Part shown: piece by piece, positions 11,891-22,344 of the stretch | Layout of the letters: the number at the start of each line of letters is the position of its first letter | Position numbering within the stretch: position 1 is the stretch's first letter | NCBI GenBank assembly: GCA_013239625.1 | Contig: MU053645.1 | Coordinates: 372,001-436,000 of the forward strand | Origin: Lama guanicoe | Lineage: Eukaryota | DNA length: 64,000 nucleotides | Reading direction: 5' to 3' | Notes under the pieces: model-generated | Database searches by the model: none | Told to the model about the DNA's origin: nothing | Seen by the model: only the letters and a program-made list of their open reading frames with translations | Position numbers and translations under genes: made by a program

Positions 11891-12036
11891 TTTATTTTTT
11901 ATTTAATTTTTAAAAAAATTTTTGGGGGAGGAAATTAGGTTTATTTATTTACTTTTTAATGAAGGTACTAGATATTGAACCCAGGACCTCGTGCATGCTA
12001 TGCATGCACTCCACCACTGAGCTATATCCCTCCCCC
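11891..12036 (-). mobile_element. tRNA-derived SINE, camelid vic-1-like
   Basis: minus strand GGGGGAGGGATATAGCTCAGTGGTGGAGTGCATGC...GAGGTCCTGGGTTCAAT with Pol III A and B boxes and an A-rich tail. Confidence 0.85.
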
Positions 12037-13339
12037 TCAGCTTAATAAATCATATCACCTCTCATGGAAAGTATTAGTAAATTGCTTATAATTATGACCT
12101 AAAGCAAATGAATCACTGGAGACTCCTTTTCATGTACTTTCATATAGACAATGCATCTTTAACATTCCCGATTGGATACTTTAGCTACTGTTGACACTTG
12201 GGAACCAGTGTAATTTTACTCAATACCATATTTCATTTAGTTATTTTATGTGTACAGGCAAGAAGTAAGATTTTTCAATATTAATTACTACACAAAGAAG
12301 CTGAGGGTAATTGACTACATTTTCACACATACAGTTGGAGCGTGTAATTACAGTCAGAATAGACCCGAATTTCTCATTCTTAAGATATGCCTGCATAAGG
12401 GTCTGTAATACTTTTAAATGGGCTGCTATAATCTTTAGTTAAATATACTGCTTTGATAATAAGCATGTATAGGTACTCATCAAACAGCATTTCTCTAGTT
12501 TACTAATGAAAACACACTCATGTCATTGTTCACATAATAGTAACAATAAGACAAAAATCAAAGATTCCACAAAAGTTTGGATGTTACAGTCACCACTCTG
12601 CTCTACTCCTATCACTATAAAAATAAAATAATGAACCCCTCTCCTTTGAGGACCTCAAAAAAACCAAACAAACAAAAGCTCTAACCTTCATTATTCAAAT
12701 ACAATGAAAACTAAGATTTAAATCTGCCTTTTTAAAGTAATGATTTACAATTGGACTTCTTTATCTTGACTTACCTAAGGCATTCCATACACATGTTTCC
12801 AAGGCTTATAGTAGTTTGTGAGTGAGAACTTTATGCATAAGGAGTGATATGTTATGATTTCTTATTGGTATTAATTGGAAATATGGTAATTTGTTCTCTT
12901 GAAAAATTAAATCACTTTTGAATGTTCAAAGAAACAAGGTTCAATACAATGTTCTATTGGTATTCATAAGATTTCCAAGGGCCATAAATAACAAACATAA
13001 GAAAATTATAAGCCATATTGTGAACTTCTATCCTTTGAGGTCACCTTTGAAAACGGTGCCACAATCATCCAAAATATGTGTACTACGAGCTTTAAAAAAG
13101 AATATCTTCATAGCTTTTAATCTATTTCTTAAATGATTTGTTTGTATTTTTTTTGATAACAGGAAGGGCTAAAAATGATCTGTACCTAAATTCAAATTTT
13201 CTAGAGGAAAAAATTGGAATTGATCCTTAATTTGTTTCTTAGTTAAGGAAAAGGGCTTTGACAGCAATTGTTTGATCTCCTGACCAACTAATATCTCCTT
13301 TGTTAAACTGTTTGTTTGGAATTAATTTCAAAAAATAAA

Positions 13340-13545
13340 ACCATTTTAAGGAACAACGATATATCATTTACCCAGATTCATCTACTTTTAATATTTTCTC
13401 CTCTTCGCTCTCTTTCTTGATAGATTAATAAATTTTTTTTCTGCACTATTTGAGGGTAAGTTATATTAGTCATAGGCCTTTAACTCTAAATATTTCATCA
13501 TGTATTGCCCAAGAATAGGGATATTCTCTTACTTAATCACAAATT
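13340..13545 (-). mobile_element. Old L1 (L1MC-like) 3' fragment
   Basis: tttacccagattcatc...ctatttgagggtaagtt...ctaaatatttcatcatgtatt...aagaatagggatattctctta. Confidence 0.5.
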
Positions 13546-13586
13546 CATGCCTTTTAACTGAATTTGAACCATAGGAGATAGCTTAC

Positions 13587-13730
13587 CATCTGTAGTTTCA
13601 TCACCTCCAAAATGCTGTCGGTAGAAGAGCATCAGTTCAATATTGTAGCATTTGTAGATAACCACGAGCAGTACAAGGAGGAGGAAGATTGCTCCCAGGC
13701 CTCCTGCAAGCTCAATTTTGTAGATTAAAT
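13587..13730 (-). CDS. IL1RAPL2: IL1RAPL2 coding exon (exon 9), transmembrane segment
   Basis: 144 nt, absent from the ORF track; acceptor ttttatttgttccag|, donor |gtaagc; hand translation [48 protein letters not shown] contains the hydrophobic TM stretch; phase 1-1. Confidence 0.96.
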
Positions 13731-15179
13731 CTGGAACAAATAAAATAAATAGGAAAAGGTAATTAAATCAGCAACACTTGGGAACTTCCCATATTTCTAG
13801 TCTCTAAGATGTACAACCCGTTCTGTTTTTTTAACAGAAGATTCTTGCTTAATGCAATAAGTAGCTTTGTTCTTGATACATTCGTGTAAATCAATTTTTT
13901 GTTAAATTAACTCTCTTCTAAATATTTAAGTAATTTTACTATTAAAAGTGATGTCTATCCGCAAAAGGATTAGTCATTCCCAATTTGTTTTGAACAAGTC
14001 TAGATCTCACATATATACTTTTGCTTTAAGTGTATTTCAGGGAACTATTAGAGCTGCCTTGTATTGGGTCCAGGTCCAATACTTTCTTGTTTCTGTTTAA
14101 TTATCTTTTGGCTTAGCAAGATTACCATCTAATACTTCTCAGGCCACAGGCTCTACTCTTCCACAGAAGAACAGCATCATAAAATTATTCTCACAATCAA
14201 AGAAAATCTAATGAGCTTGCAGGATTTAACTGTTTCATTTAACCTTGGTAGAACATAATCCAATAGAAGGTAACCAGGGGAAATTAGCTTATCCATTTCC
14301 CCTACTTATTTGAATAAATGACTATAATTTGTATGTGATATAATATATCCAGTGGGACTAAAAGAGAATGAGAAACCTGGGCTAATTACTTGGCCTATTC
14401 AGCCAACACCAGACTACCTGATAGCAGTCTTAGGCTGCTCCACTGGGGCATCCCTAGAATTCTGAGGGTTGGAACAATTAAATCAACACATAATGGAAGG
14501 AGACGTAATATATTCTGGGCTCAGGGAACAGTGACTTACCTGTGACTTAGCTTAATTAGTGGTAGTAACTAATCTAGGATGTATCATCAAAAGAGAGGAT
14601 ACTATCATGGAATTTAGAGAAAGGGGAAGTCAGAGAAGAAATTAGAATATGAATTCAGCAATGTCCAGAGGAGAAATGCTGAATCTGAAAGACACCAGAC
14701 CAGAGACATATTTTCCACTCTGGGACAGAAACATTGACTGGTCTCAACATAATATAGATAAAACTGCCTTAAAGATTAGCAAACCTCTCCTTAATCTAAT
14801 TCCATAATTACCAAGTGACTCTTTTATTACTAATTCAGCTTACTGTGTAACTACAAACTGAAAAAGGGAGTGACATTTTAGTTTGTACATCAGTTGCTTA
14901 TGACTTTGGTTAGCATCAATCAGCCTCCCTGGATGCATCAATTCTGGGGCACTGTCAAAGTCAAACTGATGACCATGACAGACTGCCTTTCTTGAAGGTC
15001 TCTTGATAGGAAAATCATAAACTTTCCCCTGAAACTGTCCCTTGTCTCTGTATAGATTTATTGCTTAAGATAAGTTAGGCTCAATAGAACAAGATTAAGA
15101 AAAAAGATAAACATATATAATATATACTACAAGTAATATATATTATAGATAAAAATTTTCAACCAGTCTACTGTCTATT

Positions 15180-15345
15180 CTCTAAGTGATCCTTTAAGGC
15201 AAGAGTTGTCAGTCCAAGTTTACTGGTGAAGAATCTAAGAATCTCAGTATTTTAATTCACTTACCCAAGGGCACACATCTAAGAAGTGGCCAAGATGGGA
15301 CTTGAGCCTAGATAGTCGAACTTCATATTTAAGGTTCTCTTTATT
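15180..15345 (-). mobile_element. MIR SINE
   Basis: cacttacccaagggcacacatctaagaagtggccaagatgggacttgagcctag. Confidence 0.65.
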
Positions 15346-18319
15346 ACATGACAGCTTCATAAGTTCCAGTCTGGAAGGTGACAACAAAAATCCTTCTCCC
15401 TGTTCCTCCATAGAACTGTTGGTAACGCTTCTCAAGAACAGGTGACTTGCAGTGAATTTTGGCTTCCTCTGCTATTTCACTTCCAAGGAAAAAAGCTAAA
15501 CTACAATTCACCAGGCTGAATGCTAGGACTGAGCAGATCTCAGGTACTTCAGGGGAGGGTACTGAAGAATCCTGTAGCTATACCAGGGAGGAACGAGGGG
15601 CTCCCTGAAGTCCAGTATGTGAAAAAAAAAAGTCTTAGGTTTCATGGGGGAATAGAGAATTTGGTATTTGAAAGGAGGTGGAGTGAGAGAGATGGCAGTG
15701 GCCAGAGACAGCATGGCCAATCAGGAGAGTCACTGAATAGAAGCGTAAGAAACATAAATAAATGTCATTCTTTTTGAGGAAGGAGAAGGGAGGAGGGTGG
15801 AAAAAGAAGGGAGTGAAGCTGCTATGAGAGTCAAACTATGTTAATAAGGAACATTATGAGGGGCCACATAATGAGTAGGCATAGGAAGGAAACTGGAATC
15901 TGTCTCTGTCCTGCCTGCTGTAAGAGGTGTCCATTTTGAAAATTAAGCTACAAAATTTCAGGTAAAAAATAATCCTACCACACATTAACCCTGCCTCCTG
16001 CCCTGGATACAGAAAGTGGCTCTCCAAGAACCACTGACTGCCTCTATGTGGGTGGTAAGGCAGGCTTGCTTATGAGACCTCCATGGGGCTGCAATATCAC
16101 AATCTTTGCTTGCTTACTTTCTGTTACATCAGTTACGCATTCTTAATAGCCAGTGTTAAGTTGACAGAGCAATATGATTTTTTTCCCTTTGGTTACTCTG
16201 AAAACGGACTTCTCTTTGATCTTAGGTCATTGAGTTACTTGATTCAACATGTTTTTCCTATTGTAAAATGTTCATTTAATGGTAACTCTTGAAATCTCTC
16301 TCTGTATGTCTCTCTGTCTCTATCTCTGTCTCTCTTCCCTCTGTGTCTCACTCTCTGGTCAGAACAGCTTTCAACTGTTTTCAAAGTCACCGAATGGGAA
16401 TTTTTTCCAACAAGTTCTACGTTATTTACAGAGTAGAGTTGCTATTAGGTAGATGGAAAACTTCAGCAGCAGGAACAATTTGTGCTCCCAAGTAGTAGAC
16501 ACCTTTTTGAACAGTAAATTTATGGAAGAAAACCATGGTGTGAAAAGTACCTTTGTGGTTTGGGGGTCCATTTTATAAAAATGTCTTTGAAAGATATTAC
16601 CTAATGATGGCTGTTTACATCGAAAACTGTGAACCCAGTCCCTGAGATTCAACCAGTATTCTTTGATACAGCCCAGGCAGTCACATTAGTAGGGAAACGT
16701 GTATCCTATAATCAGAGGGCAGAATTGCCATCACCCAGATGACACCTGGCTTTTCTTTTGTCTTCTGCTTTCAACTGCCATTTTCCATCTCTGCAGGATC
16801 TATACTTCTAGGAACATTTCCTGACTGAGAAGATGAAAGTCATTTTATTTGGATTGTGTCTTGTACACACTTCACAAGGACAGCGATAACCAGAACAGCA
16901 AATATTTATGGGATTGTAACTTTTTCTAGGTACCCAAAGTACATGTGTAGTTCTTTTAACCTTCTTAGTTCGAACACAACTATTTTCTCACTTGGAACAT
17001 TAAGATCAGACAATATAGAATGGGACACATAGCAGCTGACGTCAAGGAACTGAAGAGCAGGAAGAATGAAAATGTTTGAACTTGCTCTTAAGTTGGGAAG
17101 CAGGTTAGGAAATCCCACCTGGGGGTTTCCTATACAGGTTAGGGGTTCAGGGTGGGAAAGTAGCACTAGTAATGAAGAGAAAGAGAGAAAAATTCAGTGA
17201 TACGCTGCTGTTTGTGGGAAAGGGAGTATATACAGAGAAGAAATAATTCTCAGAATTTCCCTAGCGTAAGTTCAGATCCTTGGTTCACCAAAAAAAAAAA
17301 AAAAAGGAATGGATTTGTTACTAAAATAGTTGTACTTATTGGCAAATAGTCCACTGGAGAGTGAGGTAGTAGTAGGTTCAGGTAGAAGATGTATAAGTAG
17401 GGGACATCTTGCTTTGAGAAAGCCTGACCCTGTTAATTGCATATATTAGACACGAGTTTTCATTTTAGGAAAGGCCTTTTCAGTTTGTGAAAGGATTCAT
17501 GAAATGTTTCTTCTCCATAATGATCACTTAGGGCATTTTTAATATCTGACTTATAGCTCATCAGGAAGTTATTGTTCCATAAAACAAGCCATATTCATAT
17601 TCCGGGTGGAAACACTATGGTTACTGATGCCAGGCTATGTTGTGATAAAGCCTAAAAGGTTCAACTCCAAGGGAAATATCTGGAGTTTTGCAAGACAAAT
17701 GAGTTCAGTCTGATTTAATACGTTGTATCAAGATGATAGGGCTTCTTGCTCTTTTCTGGAGCTCTACCATATTTTTGAGAGCTCCAGAGGAATATGGAGT
17801 AAGAGAAGGTGAACTGCATCCTTTTGCAAAGCACAGTGAAAAAATTTAACTGCTACCTAAAACAGAGTACAAACTGGTATACCATGAGGCAAAAAAAGGT
17901 TTGTCGGTCTATATGTTTTCCACAAATTATACTAATATTTAAAAATCAAAATATCGTATATCTAGTCTTTCAACTTCACTTGAAAACTGAAGCTCTCATA
18001 TCCTTAGGTTCACGTTCCAGCAGGCATGGCAATAATCTTCTAGAAAAGAGTAGTGACTTCCCTTTAAAGGAAGGCACATCTTCTTTAGCTTATGTTTAAT
18101 ACCCAGCCCTCTTTTTTTTTTTTAAAATTCAATATGTGCTGGCTGCTGGGGTCTTTGGATTTTCATCCCCTAATCTGGAAAGTCAAAGTTTTTAAAAAAT
18201 AAGTGCATTCTGACAACCCAGAATAGACACTAGTCAAGACCAGTTCTCAAAGAAATCCTTTTTTTTACTAATGCCTGATATCCATCTCCCACCCTACTAT
18301 GCTGGTCCAGGAGCATTTT

Positions 18320-20060
18320 TACCCAACAAGTGATTTTGAGCAGTTACTATATTCTATGTTCTAGGGATACAGCAGTAAATAAGGCAGAAAAAGTCCTTGT
18401 TCTCATGCAGTTTACATTCCAGTGTGTGAGGGCGGGGGGGAGAAGAAAACAAATATGGTATCAGAGAATAGTAAATACAACAAACAGAAACAGAGCCAAG
18501 TTAGAGGGAAAAGAAAGGTGATGGGTAGTCCACCAATGGATGAATGGATCCAGAAAATATGGCATATATATACACAATAGATTATTCAGCCTTAAAAAGG
18601 AAGGAAGTTCTGTCATTTGCTACAACATGGATGAACCCGGAGGCCATTAAACTAAGTGAAATAAGCCAGACAGAGAAAGATAAATACTATACTGCATGGT
18701 ATTGCTTATATGTGGAACTGTAAAAAAAAAAGTTGAAGTCATAGAAACAGGAGAAAAATGGTTGTCAGGGGATGGGGGAGGAAATTGGGAGAGGTAGATA
18801 AAAGGGTACAAACTTTTATTAAGGTCCAATTTATAACATGGTGACTATAGTGTATGACATTGTATAATTGAAATTTGCTAGGAAGGTAGAACTTAGATGT
18901 TATCACTCACAAAAAAATAAAAGGTAAACATGTAAGGTGATGGATGTGTTATTTAACTCAAGGGAGAGAGTCATTTCACAACGTATACATATATCAAGTC
19001 ATCACGTTGTACACTTACTATCTTACAATTTTGTCAATTTTACCTCAATAAACCTACCAAATTTTGTAAAAAAGAAAGTGACTGGGTAGTAGTATTTTAT
19101 AAAGTGTGGCCAGAGAAAGGTCTATTGAGTGGGTAATATTTAAGCAGAGACCTGTATGAAAACCCCAAGTGAGTCATGGGAACAGCTGGAGAACAGTTTT
19201 CCAGGCAGAGGAAATAACAAGTGCAAAGACCAAGAGCCAGGACTATGCTTGGTAAGCATGAGAAATAGAAAGGAGGCTAGTGTGTGCAAGGTTTGAGGCA
19301 GATTGTGATAGAAAATGAGATCAGAAATGCAATCGATTGTGTCATGCCTTGAAGGCCATGGCAAAGATCAGAGATTTCATTCTAAGTGTAACAGTAAGAG
19401 TTCTGTAATTGGAGGATTCTGATTAAAGGAATGATATGACCTGGCTTACACATTAAAAGGATCATTCCAGATGCTGTGATAAGATCAGACTGTAAGGGGA
19501 CAAGGGGGAAGCAGGCAGACCAGTTAGGAGGCTATTGCAGTGAGCCAGGCAATTGATGCTGGTGGCTCAGACTAGAATGGTAACAGTGAAGGGGGGAAAG
19601 TGCTCAGAGTCTAGATATGTTTTAAAAGCAGAGCCATGGGATTTTCTGGTAGGCTAGATACAGTGTGTGAGCAGAGAAAAAAAAGTCAAGGATAACTCCA
19701 AGGATTTTGGCTGGAGCAACTGGAAGGATGGTGATAGAGATGGAGAAGGCAACTGGAGGATCAGGTTTAGAGAGAGCAGAAATCAGGAATCCTGTTTGAG
19801 ACAAGTGAAGCTTGATCCGCCTACTAGATATGTCTACTAGTGGAGTTTCAGAATAGTTGTTGAATAGGCACTTAAAAAATCAACTCTGAAGTTTACACAA
19901 GAAGTCAAAGCTAGAGATATAAACTTGGGAGTTGTCAGCATATGAATTATAAGCAAAACTGAGGTGGAGATGGAATGAAATCATCTAGGAAGTGAGTGAG
20001 AAGAGGCACCCTGAACCCTCGGGAACTCTAATCTTTAGAGATCAGGAAGATGAGGATTAC
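18320..20060 (-). mobile_element. L2 element interrupted by an L1
   Basis: ctagggatacagcagtaaataaggcagaaaaagtccttgttctcatgcagtttacattccag; L2 body resumes at about 19090 (ccaggcagaggaaataacaagtgcaaagacc...gaagcaggcagaccagttaggaggctattgcagt). Confidence 0.8.
18530..19070 (+). mobile_element. L1MA-type 3' end inserted into L2
   Basis: ccaccaatggatgaatggat...ctaagtgaaataagccagacagagaaagataaatac...acctcaataaa; degenerate TSD AAGAAAG.TGA.TGGGTAGT at about 18511-18529 and 19072-19090. Confidence 0.85.
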
Positions 20061-20759
20061 TATTTTCAGTTACTCATGATTTAGATGCATTTCCTTGTGG
20101 AAGCCATGTAGGCAGCAGTTTTACGGTGTACCTTGGTTGCTAGTGTCAGATTGTCAGAAATTTTAAGGGCTGCTAGTAGTTGCTTTACTTATTAAAGAGA
20201 AAAGGATTTGTTTTAAAACTCAAAGCTTTTTAGGTCTCTACTGACTGAATGATAAGACCTCTCCATTATTTTTCCTCATAGCAGGATTTTAATTGTAATA
20301 CTATATCTCTTTTGTGCAATTTTTTTTCTGCTTAAGTTTTAAGGTGTGTCTTTCTTTGCACCCTCACTGCCCTGAAAACTACAAGCCCCACACAGACCTG
20401 GGGATGTCTATCTTATTCAGCACTCTAATCCCTAGTACCTAGCAAAATGCTCATCAATAATAAAATAATGATCCCCAATAATAAAAGAGAACTTTATTCA
20501 TTAACTAGAATGGGTTCTTCTAAGTGCCTATTAGTGGCCAGACACTGTCCAAGATCCTGAGGATACAAGAGGTGCAGCAGAGTCTGGCTTGGAGGATCTC
20601 TGAGCCGAAAATAAGACTGAGATGAACAGGACCAAAGTGATCCTTGCCACAAGGTATCTGGATTTGGATGATCAAGGTCTGTCCTTTATGTAGGTGGACA
20701 AATGGTGGCCTAGTGCATAGAAGTTATCTGACTAAGCATGGTATATTTCACACTGTATC

Positions 20760-20910
20760 ATTATCATTTGTACCTCAAAGTGACTACATGGTAGATATTA
20801 TTACCCCTATTTTATAGATGAGGAAACTAAGGTTTAGGGTGTCTAATCAGAAAAGTTTGTCCTTCTGAACCAGGTAGCTGAATGAGTGACTGAATCAGGA
20901 TCTCCTTAAC
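20760..20910 (-). mobile_element. MIR SINE
   Basis: ggtagatattattacccctattttatagatgaggaaactaaggtttag. Confidence 0.75.
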
Positions 20911-20952
20911 CAGGGTCTCCTAATTTCACTTTCTATGTTAGACTCTTTTATA

Positions 20953-21165
20953 AAAAAATTTACTGAAGTGTAGTTGATTTACAATTTTAGTTTTAGGTGT
21001 ACAGTAAAGCAATTTGGTTATACATATACGTACATATATATTTTTTCTTTTCAGATTCTTTTCCATTATATGTTATTACAAGGAATTGAATATAGTTCCT
21101 TATATTACACAGTAGGTCCTTGTTTATCTATTTTACACTTAGTACTGTATATCTGTTAATCCCTA
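20953..21165 (-). mobile_element. L1 3'-end fragment, artiodactyl type, with TSD
   Basis: same 3' UTR type as 5049-5276; ACTCTTTTATA repeated at 20942-20952 and 21166-21176. Confidence 0.8.
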
Positions 21166-21399
21166 ACTCTTTTATATTTACATACTCCTTTATTTTAAGA
21201 TGGAAAGAAGTCCAACAGAGTAAGAAATGGTGCTAGAGAGATAAAAGCATTATTTTCAGAATAATGACCTTTCTTTGCTTCTCTTAGAGCTGCTGGTCAA
21301 GGTTAAGTATTAGGGCTGGCTGGAAAATAGAAATTCCATCTTGGCTATGAGGTTCAACTAGTGACCTTACTGATTGAATCTGTTCTATTGCTCTATAGC

Positions 21400-21653
21400 C
21401 TAGACAACAAGAACACTGATTGAGAACATTTGTTCTGTTACATTTACAAAACCTTTGCCAGATGCACAGACACAGAAATTATTCAGCCTTTTGCAGTAAC
21501 CAACAGTCGTGGCAGGGTAAGATCCAATCTCAGAAGCTGCTCCAGCTGCTGGGATTGTTGTTCTTATGTCTGCTTTTATCTCTTTTACTTGTAAATTTAT
21601 AGTTTCTTTTCTTTGCCCATTATATACAATTTCCACCCCATATGGAATCACCT
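21400..21653 (-). other. Candidate alternative terminal exon of IL1RAPL2, in frame with exon 8
   Basis: acceptor tccctttctag| (AG at 21654-21655); phase-1 join G+AG=Glu then 83 open codons to TAG at 21400-21402; AATAAA on minus strand at 21189-21194. Confidence 0.33.
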
Positions 21654-22198
21654 CTAGAAAGGGATCTATATAAATACCAAACTATTTTAAATATATATAC
21701 ACCTGCTAAAGGCCTCGAACACTGGGTCATATCATGAAATATTGTTCATATTTATTATAATTGTAAAAACATTATATAATACTATTCATTATTTTTATTT
21801 GTATTTTAGTCAGGGAATAAAAAATGACTTTGTTTCTAATTCAATAGTAAAACCTCTAGTATTTCATTTAAGCAATATAAGACGATGGCGAAAAATAAAG
21901 AAATTTTGAATGTCAATGCCTATCAACTTTATGTAACACTTATAACCAAGGCATATTTAATCTCATTGGATTTAACACATAGTGATATTTCATTTCATTT
22001 ATCCACTTCCTAGTGGTATGGAAGATCACAGGCATTTTATGCTAATATCCACAGCAAGAGAGATTTTTTTTCCTTAAAATGACAAAATGTTTACTATAAA
22101 TTTATACTAAATGATAAAATCAGGCCAAGAAACATACCTAACTTCAATAGTTATTTGGCACCTAAATAAATTATAATAACAGTTATAAAAATCAGTAC

Positions 22199-22344
22199 CC
22201 TTTTTACGCAGCAGGACACTGGCATGTTTTCGTCCATTTCGGTTTTCCACATGGCAGGTATAATTCGCCAGGTCAGCCTCCACCACTGAATCAAAGATGA
22301 GTGCCAACTCAACTTCTTTTTCTCCAAGATGTTCTTTGAGGAGC
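22199..22344 (-). CDS. IL1RAPL2: IL1RAPL2 coding exon (exon 8), C-terminal part of Ig domain 3
   Basis: 146 nt; acceptor tttcctttattccag|, donor |gtactg; encodes [48 protein letters not shown] with the Ig DxxxYTC motif; ends phase 1. Confidence 0.96.

Noticed and set aside
11960..12036. tRNA-Ala-like sequence with A and B boxes (also 33160-33232)
   Set aside because: Both are diverged, carry A-rich tails, and one has a clear TSD, so they are SINE heads and not tRNA genes.
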